A stretch of 40,524 bases of DNA from Promethearchaeota archaeon (GTDB lineage Archaea > Asgardarchaeota > Lokiarchaeia > Sigyniarchaeales > SOKP01), in NCBI GenBank assembly GCA_016839745.1, contig JAEOTS010000089.1, positions 1 to 40,524 of the forward strand. The letters are read 5' to 3'. The notes under the pieces were generated by a model. The model ran no database searches and was not told the origin of the DNA. It saw nothing but the letters and a program-made list of their open reading frames with translations. Both the position numbers and the translations under genes were made by a program. This document shows, piece by piece, positions 18,501 to 28,008 of the stretch (its first letter is position 1; every line of letters starts with the position of its first letter).

Positions 18501-19880
18501 TTAAACCATCTTTTTAGGGTCTAGTAGTTCGTCCAAATGATCGATTTTTAAACCCATTTCTTTAATAACTACTTTACACGATTTACCTTCTTTATACGCC
18601 CGTTGGGCGATCTCAGAGCATTTATCGTAGCCTAATATTGGTGTTAGGTTAGTAACAAGCATTAACATTTGCTCTAAGTTTGAATCTATTTTTTCAGTAT
18701 TCGCTTTTAATTCTACTAAACAGTGGTCTATAAACGAATTAATTCCACCAATTAAAATTTCAATTGACTCAAGAACATTTACTATCATTACCGGTTTGCT
18801 CATATTTAAATCCAAAATGCTTCCATACATTTCACCACTTGTAACGACTGAATCGTTGCCAATTACTTGAAGACACACTTGAATTAACGCTTCAGATTGA
18901 GTAGGATTGATTTTTCCAGGCATAATAGACGATCCGGGTTCGTTTTGCGGTAGAATTAACTCCGAAAGACCAGCTCTAGGACCACTACCCATCCAACGAA
19001 TATCGTTTGCCATTTTTAATAGAGATAAAGCTAAAAGTTTTAAATTACTGCTAGCGAAAGCTATTGTATTGTGGGATGATATTCCCTCTGCCTTTACTGG
19101 GTTAAGTTTAAAGGATAACGAAGTTATTTTCGAAAGATGGGATACAGTGAGTTTGTCAAAATCTTTAGGAGCGTTTAATCCAGTTCCCAAAGCAGTACCA
19201 CCTATAGGAATGTAGAACAACTCATCCAATACCTTATCTAATCGCTCAATATTAGTCTCAATTTGTTGTTTATAGACTTTAAATTCTAACGATAACGGTA
19301 CTGGAACAGCATCTTGCAAGTGTGTTCTTCCTACCTTGACAATATCTTTGAATTCTTCAATTTTAGAAGCAAGTACTTCCTTTAGTCGATTTAATACTGA
19401 TATCAATTTATGGATCATGTGTATGCTAGAAACATGCATCGTACTTGGGATCACATCGTTAGAAGACTGGCTTTTATTTACGTGGTCATTTGGATGGACA
19501 GGATGTTTTTTACCTATAGGAAATCCTAAGATTTGAGCAGCTCTGTTAGCTAATACTTCGTTCATGTTCATGTTTGTTTGGGTTCCGCTTCCAGTTTGAT
19601 AGATATCGATAGGAAATTGATCCAAGTGTTTACTTTCGTTTAAAATCTCGTTAACGGCTTGTAGGATCGCATCTCCATTTTCCTTAGTAATTAATCCCAA
19701 TTCTAAATTCGCCAATAAACACGCTTTTTTAACTTGTGCTAAGGAAGTAATAAATATTGTTGGGAACTTTTTTCCGCTTATTTGGAAGTTTTGCAATGCT
19801 CTTTGAGTATTAATGCCCCAATAAGCATCGCTAGGGACTTCTAATTCGCCCAAAACATCTTTTTCTACGCGATAAGTCAT
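18501..19880 (-). CDS. fumC: Fumarate hydratase class II
   Basis: 459 aa; QTGSGTQTNMN, HPNDHVNKSQSSND, GRTHLQDA, GSSIMPGKINP. Confidence 0.93.
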   Translation of the reverse strand: MTYRVEKDVLGELEVPSDAYWGINTQRALQNFQISGKKFPTIFITSLAQVKKACLLANLELGLITKENGDAILQAVNEILNESKHLDQFPIDIYQTGSGTQTNMNMNEVLANRAAQILGFPIGKKHPVHPNDHVNKSQSSNDVIPSTMHVSSIHMIHKLISVLNRLKEVLASKIEEFKDIVKVGRTHLQDAVPVPLSLEFKVYKQQIETNIERLDKVLDELFYIPIGGTALGTGLNAPKDFDKLTVSHLSKITSLSFKLNPVKAEGISSHNTIAFASSNLKLLALSLLKMANDIRWMGSGPRAGLSELILPQNEPGSSIMPGKINPTQSEALIQVCLQVIGNDSVVTSGEMYGSILDLNMSKPVMIVNVLESIEILIGGINSFIDHCLVELKANTEKIDSNLEQMLMLVTNLTPILGYDKCSEIAQRAYKEGKSCKVVIKEMGLKIDHLDELLDPKKMV

Positions 19881-19998
19881 AATTTAAGACAACAATAATT
19901 TGTTTATTTATAAGGATATTAGAAATAGGGTAATAAAAAAAGTTTATACTAATAGACAATAAATTTTTCTTGCGGAAGTTTAAAAAATCTAATTTTGC

Positions 19999-20874
19999 CT
20001 ATGAAGTGAGTGTTTTAGTTATATCTTCAAAATAATTAAAAATTGTAGAATAGTGTCCTTCGTTTGGATAAAATTTACATATACATTTTGGAATTTTTTC
20101 ACACATCCCGCGACCCATGGCAACAGGAACATTCACATCTGCTTCCCCATGCCAGATATACACTCTAAGATTTGGAGATATATCTTCAAGGTTAAAACCC
20201 CAAGATTTCGCATAGATTTTTCCTTCGTGATAAGCTCCTTTACTATCTTGGCGAAATGATTCTGCACTTGCCTTAATAAATAATGAAAATGTGGTTGGAT
20301 CATTCAAAATTACTCTATCAGCCTCTGGCATTTTTTTCAAAGCTTTCTTCATATTCTTTTCTGCTTTTTCAAAATCTAGCGTACCGCGAGCTTGAAACCA
20401 CATCATTAATTTAAACAACAATGGAAATATTCGAATAACAGCAAATAATCTAATGCTTTTTTCTATTTCAAGATCTCTTGGAGCTAAACCACTAATTATA
20501 CCGCAAGAATGTAAACGCTCAGGAATTTTATATGCACACGCCACAGCATAAGGGCCACCTCCAGATATGCCCTCAACTGTAAATTTATCAATGCCAAGAG
20601 CGTCAGCCAGCTCAACTACATCATCTGGCCAGTCTAAAAGCGTGCGATTTTTCTTAAAATCTGAAAGCCCCATTCCCGGCCTATCAATTCCAATAAGTCT
20701 AACATTCAGCTTATCTATATCCTTTTCAGATAATAAAGTTGCCTCTAAACGAGAACTTGGAAATCCGTGAAAGTGAAACAAAGGTTTTGCATCTTTATTC
20801 CCTAAATCTATATAACCAAGCTTCCTACCATCTTTTAACTTTATTGTCTGACTAAGTTTATCAGTATTGGTCAT
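19999..20874 (-). CDS. Alpha/beta hydrolase
   Basis: 291 aa; HG oxyanion motif (FHGFPSSR), DRPG-G-S, GISGG nucleophile elbow, WHGEAD, EGH. Confidence 0.9.
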   Translation of the reverse strand: MTNTDKLSQTIKLKDGRKLGYIDLGNKDAKPLFHFHGFPSSRLEATLLSEKDIDKLNVRLIGIDRPGMGLSDFKKNRTLLDWPDDVVELADALGIDKFTVEGISGGGPYAVACAYKIPERLHSCGIISGLAPRDLEIEKSIRLFAVIRIFPLLFKLMMWFQARGTLDFEKAEKNMKKALKKMPEADRVILNDPTTFSLFIKASAESFRQDSKGAYHEGKIYAKSWGFNLEDISPNLRVYIWHGEADVNVPVAMGRGMCEKIPKCICKFYPNEGHYSTIFNYFEDITKTLTS

Positions 20875-21027
20875 ATTTACCCCCTTGTCTTATATAATGA
20901 TATTGAGATGAATAATATAGTTTCAAATTTAAGCCTATTTCATTTTATTTTATAATTTATATACTCAAAATTTATTTTATCTTATTTCTGAATATAACAG
21001 AAGTACTAATTTATATTTTTAGTAAGT

Positions 21028-22815
21028 GTGATAAATTTGGCAAAATATAGATGTTCTGTGTGTAATTATATTTACAATGAAGAAACTGAAGGAAAAGGAT
21101 TTGATGACCTACCAGATTCTTGGACTTGTCCTGTATGTGGTGCTCCTAAATCTGCTTTTGTTACTGAAGGCGTAAGTAAAGACGATGAACGCATCGAGAC
21201 TAATGTTGCAGAAAAAATAATTGAGCAATTAGTAGCAATTGGAGTTAAACATGTATATGGAATACCGGGAGATTCTAACCTACCTCTTCTTAATGCTATA
21301 AGAAAAAACAATAATATCGATTTTATTTTAACTCGACACGAAGAAACAGCGGCATTCATGGCTTCTGCCCATGGTAAAATTACGGGTAAATTAGGTGTGT
21401 GTATGTCTATTGCTGGTCCGGGGGCAACAAATCTAATTACGGGATTGATGGACGCTGCTACTGATAGAAGTCCTGTACTAGCGCTAGTAGGTCAAATACC
21501 TGAAGTATATCTCGGAAGCGAGGCGTTTCAAGAAATATCCCAAATCGCGTTATTTCGTCCCTTCGCTGAATATGCGGAGACCGTAGCGAGAGCAAATCAA
21601 GCTATTAAGTTAACTATGATGGCGGTCAAATATGCGCTCAAGAAACCAGGGTTATCTGTATTGAGCTGTCCTACAGATGTGTTAGCAGATAAATTGGATG
21701 ATCCTATAATTGAACCAGACAAGAGGATTTTTAGTAGCGAATCGGTTTCAGCTTATCAAGATATTCAAAAAGCTGCGGATTTAATTAATAGGTGTAGTAG
21801 ACCTGTAATTTTCGGAGGATGGGGCTCCCGGTTTTCTGGAGACTTACTTATGGAGTTATCTAGAAAACTTAAAGCTCCAATTGCGACTACTTCTCGTGCT
21901 AAAGGTGTTGTTTATGAAACATATCAATATTGCTTAGGAGTATTAGGTTCTATTGGAACTAAATATGCTGCCAAGGCTATCAGAGACTGTGATTTAATAC
22001 TAATTATTGGTTCTGGTTTTAGACAAGCTAATCTAGTTTCGTCTGGAGTCAAATTTGTGCAGATTGACAAGGATCCTACAAGAATCGGAAAGACTTTTGA
22101 TGTTCATGTTGGATTAGTCGGAGACGGGCATCGAGTTTTAGAAAAATTGCTGCCTTTAATAGAAGAAAAGGAAGGAAATGAAGAATTCTTATCCCAGGTT
22201 TTCGACATGAAACTTCGACATATGGAAGAATTAGAGAAAGAATCGAAAGATTATTCTGTTCCTATAAACCCAGGATTCGTAATACAAGCCTTAAGAAGAA
22301 ACTTAGATACAAATGCGATTATAACCGTAGATGTAGGAGATCATACTTATTGGTTTTACAAGAAATTCCTTTGTGAAGGGCATAAACCTTACTTAAATGC
22401 GAATATGGCGTCTATGGGTTTCGCCCTGCCCGCAGCCTTAGCAGCAAAATTAGACTTTCCCGACAGACAAGTTGTTTGTGTTGCGGGAGATGGAGGTTTT
22501 GGCATGTTAATGGCTGATTTCACTACTGCTGTAAGAGAAAAATTAAATATTGTTGCTATAGTGTTTAACGATGGCGTATTAAAGAACATTAAAAAGGAAT
22601 TAGTACGCGATGGATACCCAATATTTGGCGTTGAGTTTCCCAACCCAAATTTTGCCCAATTTGCTGAATCTTGTGGGGGGTTTGGAGTAAGGGTAGATGC
22701 CCCAGATAAGCTAGATGAAGCGTTGCAAATGGCTCTAAACTCTGGAAAACCTTCTATTGTAGAGATAATTATTGATCCTGATAAAACAGCCGCTTCGACA
22801 AAAAAAGTAGATTAA
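21028..22815 (+). CDS. Rubredoxin-fused ThDP-dependent enzyme (pyruvate oxidase / acetolactate synthase-like family)
   Basis: N-terminal YRCSVCNYIY...FDDLPDSWTCPVCGAPKSAF rubredoxin, then YGIPGDS, RHEETAAFMA, GPGATN and GDGGF...FND. Start GTG 21028 or TTG 21037. Confidence 0.9.
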   Translation: MINLAKYRCSVCNYIYNEETEGKGFDDLPDSWTCPVCGAPKSAFVTEGVSKDDERIETNVAEKIIEQLVAIGVKHVYGIPGDSNLPLLNAIRKNNNIDFILTRHEETAAFMASAHGKITGKLGVCMSIAGPGATNLITGLMDAATDRSPVLALVGQIPEVYLGSEAFQEISQIALFRPFAEYAETVARANQAIKLTMMAVKYALKKPGLSVLSCPTDVLADKLDDPIIEPDKRIFSSESVSAYQDIQKAADLINRCSRPVIFGGWGSRFSGDLLMELSRKLKAPIATTSRAKGVVYETYQYCLGVLGSIGTKYAAKAIRDCDLILIIGSGFRQANLVSSGVKFVQIDKDPTRIGKTFDVHVGLVGDGHRVLEKLLPLIEEKEGNEEFLSQVFDMKLRHMEELEKESKDYSVPINPGFVIQALRRNLDTNAIITVDVGDHTYWFYKKFLCEGHKPYLNANMASMGFALPAALAAKLDFPDRQVVCVAGDGGFGMLMADFTTAVREKLNIVAIVFNDGVLKNIKKELVRDGYPIFGVEFPNPNFAQFAESCGGFGVRVDAPDKLDEALQMALNSGKPSIVEIIIDPDKTAASTKKVD

Positions 22816-22851
22816 ATAAAATTTGAAATCTCTTATTATTTTCTATTTTTC

Positions 22852-23607
22852 TTAGATCCAATTATCTCGAATGTCCTTGATTGCTGTACCAGGCATAACA
22901 CCTTTGGGACATATGCGATTACAAACGAAAAACTTCTCACAGGCGGGGACAGCGTCATTTTGTAAAACACGTGATAAGACTCTCTCCTGTTTTTCGTTGT
23001 TAACCCTAGAATCTCGGATAAATCTATCTGATTTTGCTAACTGCGCCGGACCAAGGTACTCAGGGTTTTTTGCGTTAACAGGACACATCCAGCATATTCC
23101 GCATAATATACAATAGACTAGCCTTTCTATTTTCTTCATTTCGTTAGGTGATTGCGTCGATTCTGGGGCAACATCGTTCCAATCTTTTGTAAAATAAGGT
23201 TCAACTTCGCGATAAAATTTCCAGAATGGTTCCATATCTACTACTAAATCCTTTACAACGGTCATATTTGGTAATGGCTCAATTAAAATCTCATTTTCTT
23301 GGTTCCAATCAGAAATATCTCCAAAAACTACTTCTGGAAGATTAATAGGTTTTTTAGCGTTTTTAACTTTAGAGACTTGAGTTCTGCAGGCCAGCATCGG
23401 AACCTTATCAATCGTCATTCCGCAGCTACCACAAATTGCCCCTCGACAAGCATAACGGAATGCGAAGGTAGAATCGTGATAATCTTGAATGTAAAAAAGA
23501 GCATCTAATATGCTCATACCTTTCGATAGGGGTATTTCATATCGTTCGTAAAGAACCTTTTCATTTCCTAAATTTCTATATATTAAAAATTTTTGCTTCT
23601 CACTCAC
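22852..23607 (-). CDS. sdhB: Succinate dehydrogenase / fumarate reductase iron-sulfur subunit
   Basis: 251 aa; CRGAICGSC...AC [2Fe-2S], CILCGICWMCP, CEKFFVCNRICP, IEPL..M.VVKDLVVDM. Confidence 0.92.
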   Translation of the reverse strand: MSEKQKFLIYRNLGNEKVLYERYEIPLSKGMSILDALFYIQDYHDSTFAFRYACRGAICGSCGMTIDKVPMLACRTQVSKVKNAKKPINLPEVVFGDISDWNQENEILIEPLPNMTVVKDLVVDMEPFWKFYREVEPYFTKDWNDVAPESTQSPNEMKKIERLVYCILCGICWMCPVNAKNPEYLGPAQLAKSDRFIRDSRVNNEKQERVLSRVLQNDAVPACEKFFVCNRICPKGVMPGTAIKDIRDNWI

Positions 23608-23624
23608 TTTTAATCATGCTCCAC

Positions 23625-25337
23625 TTAATACTTCCTCTCTTTTACTTCAAATATACCTAATATAACCGGTTTAGTTTTCAAATCTAAACCAGCTTTTACG
23701 CGATATATCAATGAATGGCTAAGAAAATTATCGTCATCACGAGAATCGTAGTCCCACCTATAGTGTCCACCTCTACTTTCTTTTCTCCATAGAGCTGCAT
23801 ACGCAGTAGCTTCTGCAATGTCTAACATAGATCTAAGTTCCAAATTTCGAAGTAATCCATAGTTGAATTTACGATCTTCTGTAGAAACTTTGACATTTAA
23901 AAAATCCTTTTGTAAGTTAACAAGAACACCGTAGGCTTTTGAAAGATCGTCATGAGTTCTAAAAACTCCTACATTCCTGTTCATGGTCTCACCCATTATA
24001 TTCTTGATTTCGATTGGTTTTTTACCTGTATTATTATCCCAACCTTTTAGAAGAGACTCTACTTTTTCTAACATATTATCTTCAGCACTTTTTAGATCGT
24101 TTAAAGATGGTTTGTTTGGTAAACCATTTTCTAATAGCTTTCTTCCAAGATAACGACCAAAAACGGCCGTCTCTAACAATGAATTTCCACCTAAACGATT
24201 AGCACCGTGTACAGAAAGACAAGAGCACTCACCTATTGTATATAAACCGGAGAGATCTGTTTCTCCATAAATACCTTTATATTTTGTCCCGATTCCACCC
24301 ATACTATAATGTTGACCTGGCTGGACAGGGATAGGTTCTTCTATTGGATCAACTCCCGCAAAGAAGATTGAAATATCTCTTATTCCCGGCAACCTTTCTT
24401 TAATACGGTCAGCACCCAAATGAGTTAGATCTAAATGAACGTACGCGTTTTCAAACCCTCTTCCCTCAAGAACTTCAATATCGTTAGCTCTTGCAACTAT
24501 ATCTCGTGGGGCAAGTTCCATCGCTTTTGGAGCGGTCTTTTCCATAAATCTTTCTCCCTCCGTGTTAAATAAATATCCACCTTCTCCACGTGCACCTTCA
24601 GTTATCAATATATTTGTGCCATATAGCGTAGTTGGGTGAAACTGTACGAATTCTACGTCTTGCATAGGGACTCCGGCACGAAATGCAGCTCCAACACCAT
24701 CCCCTGTATTAATCAAGGCATTTGTAGAATGTTTAAAAATTCTTCCAAAGCCCCCTGTTGCCAATATAACATAGGAAGCTCGAAAAATTACGAGTTCACC
24801 TTTCGCTACATCTAATGTAATCACTCCCGCGATTTTTTCGTTGATGACTATTAAATCTATTAAAAAGTATTCGTTAAAAAACTCTACTCCGTTTTTGACG
24901 CTTTGTTCGTTTAATGTGTGAAGTAACGCGTGTCCAGTGCGGTCTCCTGCGTAACAAGTTCGAGGGAAACCTGCTCCACCAAAAGGTCGTTGTGCAATAA
25001 GGCCCGAATCCAATCTAGAAAATGGTGCTCCCATGCTCTCAAATTCTACAACAATTTTGGGCGCTTCTTTACACATGAACATCACTACATCTTGGTCTGC
25101 GAGATAATCTGAGCCTTTTACTGTGTCAAAAGCGTGTCCTTCTGGCGTGTCTTTTTTGCTTTCTTCTAAATTACCCAATGCAGCATTAATTCCTCCTTGT
25201 GCCGCTCCTGAATGACTTCGGACAGGATAAACTTTGCTTATAACCGCGGTGTTCCATTTATCCGATAACTCTAGCCCCGCTCTAAGGCCACTTAAACCTG
25301 CACCTACTACAACCACATCAAATTCTTCGATTCTCAT
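23625..25337 (-). CDS. sdhA: Succinate dehydrogenase / fumarate reductase flavoprotein subunit
   Basis: 570 aa; [16 protein letters not shown] (covalent-FAD His), [44 protein letters not shown]. Confidence 0.95.
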   Translation of the reverse strand: MRIEEFDVVVVGAGLSGLRAGLELSDKWNTAVISKVYPVRSHSGAAQGGINAALGNLEESKKDTPEGHAFDTVKGSDYLADQDVVMFMCKEAPKIVVEFESMGAPFSRLDSGLIAQRPFGGAGFPRTCYAGDRTGHALLHTLNEQSVKNGVEFFNEYFLIDLIVINEKIAGVITLDVAKGELVIFRASYVILATGGFGRIFKHSTNALINTGDGVGAAFRAGVPMQDVEFVQFHPTTLYGTNILITEGARGEGGYLFNTEGERFMEKTAPKAMELAPRDIVARANDIEVLEGRGFENAYVHLDLTHLGADRIKERLPGIRDISIFFAGVDPIEEPIPVQPGQHYSMGGIGTKYKGIYGETDLSGLYTIGECSCLSVHGANRLGGNSLLETAVFGRYLGRKLLENGLPNKPSLNDLKSAEDNMLEKVESLLKGWDNNTGKKPIEIKNIMGETMNRNVGVFRTHDDLSKAYGVLVNLQKDFLNVKVSTEDRKFNYGLLRNLELRSMLDIAEATAYAALWRKESRGGHYRWDYDSRDDDNFLSHSLIYRVKAGLDLKTKPVILGIFEVKERKY

Positions 25338-25421
25338 TAAAATTTAATATTCTTATATAGATTAAAAAGATTTTACTAATAATCTATAAAAAATGTGTAA
25401 AGAAAACAAGCTTTATTTGGA

Positions 25422-26120
25422 TTAGTAATCAAAAATAAGTGATCTACCTTTTTTACCAGCAATTTTGATTAATCCCATCTTTCTTAAACAATAACTCATT
25501 TTTCGAGCTAAATTTAGTGGTTTTTTAAGTGAATATGCTAAATCCATATTAGTAAATGGAGTTTTTAAACTTGTAGGCTTAAGCATTAGAAAATCCATGG
25601 GCGTGTAAAAAGCCCTTTTTTCCACTACTTTCACTAATTTCCGGTCGTAAATACTCCAACCATTTCTCCTCCAACTTCCATTCCCGTCATTCTTACGATA
25701 TTCTTCTATCTGAACTAGTGGTAATTCAATAGTGAAATTTGGATTTGAAATTAATTCAGGAATTCTGATCAATTCTTCGAATATATCTACATATGAGTTA
25801 TGCTTTGGAGACAAACGCTTGCTAATAACTCTATTTGATTGAGATTCTACACTAATAATCCATTTGTCTTTTACAATTGGATGTATTAAAAGAATTTTAT
25901 GATTAGCTATTAGCTTTTCCAGTTTTTTTTTAATTGTAGAAAAATTTTTGGTTTGTATCTCAATTAGAAGATCATCTCGTACTATGTCAATTATGAAATT
26001 ATCAACTGGTGCTTCAAGCTGGTCTTCTGATTCCTTATACCATAATTTTAAGTCAGCATGAAGAGAACTCTCACGTAAAGTTCCTATACTTGATGAAAAG
26101 TAAATGATTTGTTCGACCAT
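25422..26120 (-). CDS. Hypothetical protein, PD-(D/E)XK-like nuclease fold with C-terminal winged-helix-like segment
   Basis: 232 aa; ESSLH..LK, E...IDIV....IEIQT restriction-endonuclease-like motif; C-terminal FT..DLA..L.....ARKM.Y.L.KMGLI...GKKG. Confidence 0.55.
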   Translation of the reverse strand: MVEQIIYFSSSIGTLRESSLHADLKLWYKESEDQLEAPVDNFIIDIVRDDLLIEIQTKNFSTIKKKLEKLIANHKILLIHPIVKDKWIISVESQSNRVISKRLSPKHNSYVDIFEELIRIPELISNPNFTIELPLVQIEEYRKNDGNGSWRRNGWSIYDRKLVKVVEKRAFYTPMDFLMLKPTSLKTPFTNMDLAYSLKKPLNLARKMSYCLRKMGLIKIAGKKGRSLIFDY

Positions 26121-26245
26121 GTGTTATATTTATTCACTTTTTTAATTAAAAGGCATGTAATATGTTAATATTTATACTAGAAATGTCAACTGATAACATA
26201 TAATTATGATAGACTATTTTAGAAAAATAATATTGGTGTTCTTTT

Positions 26246-27721
26246 ATGGTAAATGCGATATTAATTGTACTCGATACTTTAAGGCAAGATCATGTCGGCG
26301 CTTATGGTAACACATGGATAAAAACTCCAAATTTAGACGAGTTCGCTAAAGAATCCGTAAAATTTACGAAAATGTACCCAGAGTCATTACCAACACTTCC
26401 AGCGCGAAAAGCTATCTATACTGGAAATCGCCTATTTCCCTTTACGGACGACAAGCTTGGAAAGACAAAAGCTGGAAGAGGAGACTTTATTGGCGATGCC
26501 CTTGGTGCTCCTGGTTGGAGTTCCATTTCTGATTCTCAAGATACTCTGGCAGAGCGATTTAAACGTAAGAAATATGTTTCAGCTCTGTTTTCTGATATTT
26601 ATCATCAATCTAAACCAGGATATAATTTTCACCGTGGATTTAATCAATGGAAATGGATTCGTGGGCAAGAAGAAGATGCATTTCTGTCCGGACCACGGAT
26701 TACCAACGATGTTCTTGAGGAATATCTTACTTCCAAAGGAGATGGAATAACGGCAGGTACCCTATTTGCGCAACACATGATGCGCCGATTCCTTCAAAAT
26801 GTACGTTGGTGGCGCTCCGAAACTGATACATTTACATCCCAAGTGTTTCGCGCTGCCGGGGAATGGCTGGACATGAATTATGATGCTTTATTAGAAGGAA
26901 AAGGATTTATAACAGTGGAGTCGTTTGACCCACATGAACCTTGGAATCCGCCGCCTCATTATATTCGGTTATACGAAAAAGATCCTGATTGGGAAAAAGA
27001 GTGTCGAAAAATATCGCATTCCCTTTATGGACCGGCAAGTATGCTTACCGAAAAAGAACTCAAGAATTTAAGGACACGGTATGCCGCGGAAGTGTCGCTT
27101 GTGGACACGTGGTTCGGATATTTCATAAACTATATCAAACGAATTGGTATATGGGATGATTCTATCATTGTGGTGGTTTCCGATCATGGTCACATGCTGG
27201 GAGAACACGGCCTTATAGCTAAAGCGGCCAATCCCCTTGGACGCGAAGTAGCAGATCTTGTTGCTATGATCCGATTTCCAGGAGGTGAAGGCAGTGGTAC
27301 AACCTGTGATAAGTTTTGTTATCATCACGACATCGCGACTACTATCTGTGAAGCTTGTGGTATTCCTACTAGTAATATGGATGGTAAGGACTTATTGAAA
27401 TTGGTTCAAGATGACGAATTGACATATTACGATCACATTTCGATAGCTTGGGGTGGCTCCGTAGCAGTTTATGATGGTAACTTTTGGTATAATGGGTACG
27501 TATGGGACATAGAAGGAGGAAGTCTGTTTGATGTCAATAAAGATCCCAAATTAAAAAAGAATATTATTTTAGAAGCTCCCGATAAGGCAATAGAATTATT
27601 AAAACTTAGTTGGGAGGATGCGGGAGAACCTATTGATATGGAATTTATGCGAAAATTCAAAGATGTATTAGGTTGCACACCAGTCACTAAAAAACTTACT
27701 AAAGAATATAAGTGTGAATAA
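26246..27721 (+). CDS. Sulfatase-fold (alkaline phosphatase superfamily) hydrolase with Thr at the nucleophile position
   Basis: 491 aa; LIVLDTLRQD, TPNLD, PTLPAR..IYTG, FDPHEPW, YAAEV..VD, VSDHG..LGEHG. Confidence 0.88.
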   Translation: MVNAILIVLDTLRQDHVGAYGNTWIKTPNLDEFAKESVKFTKMYPESLPTLPARKAIYTGNRLFPFTDDKLGKTKAGRGDFIGDALGAPGWSSISDSQDTLAERFKRKKYVSALFSDIYHQSKPGYNFHRGFNQWKWIRGQEEDAFLSGPRITNDVLEEYLTSKGDGITAGTLFAQHMMRRFLQNVRWWRSETDTFTSQVFRAAGEWLDMNYDALLEGKGFITVESFDPHEPWNPPPHYIRLYEKDPDWEKECRKISHSLYGPASMLTEKELKNLRTRYAAEVSLVDTWFGYFINYIKRIGIWDDSIIVVVSDHGHMLGEHGLIAKAANPLGREVADLVAMIRFPGGEGSGTTCDKFCYHHDIATTICEACGIPTSNMDGKDLLKLVQDDELTYYDHISIAWGGSVAVYDGNFWYNGYVWDIEGGSLFDVNKDPKLKKNIILEAPDKAIELLKLSWEDAGEPIDMEFMRKFKDVLGCTPVTKKLTKEYKCE

Positions 27722-27724
27722 AAA

Positions 27725-27970
27725 TCATCGGAAACTTTCAAGTAATTGTTTAAATTTCTCTTTATTTAGATCCCTCTGATATAAAGGGCGTTTATCGTCG
27801 TTATAAAATCGAACATTTTCATAGTAAGGTCGTCTATTTAGATTCTTATATAAAACTCCTAATGCTAAGTGATTTGTATCCAACGCCAGTTTAATTGCTT
27901 CAACTTGATCATAAGAATCGTAACCATTAATTATGTAGTAACTATTTTCTTTATACCATTGAAACGAAAA
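27725..27970 (-). pseudogene. C-terminal remnant of a 2-oxoacid:ferredoxin oxidoreductase beta subunit (KorB/PorB-like)
   Basis: 81-codon frame with no start at its 5' end: FSFQWYKENSYYIINGYDSYDQVEAIKLALDTNHLALGVLYKNLNRRPYYENV...PLYQRDLNKEKFKQLLESFR*. Preceded by in-frame TAA; resembles the PFO_beta_C region. Confidence 0.65.
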
Positions 27971-28008
27971 TTAATTGGAGTTTGCTAAAAAAAGGATTTG
28001 CTCTCACT

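Noticed and set aside
18501-19880. Aspartate ammonia-lyase
   Set aside because: QTGSGTQTNMN and GRTHLQDA plus the TCA context fit FumC better than AspA (QGGAGTS type).
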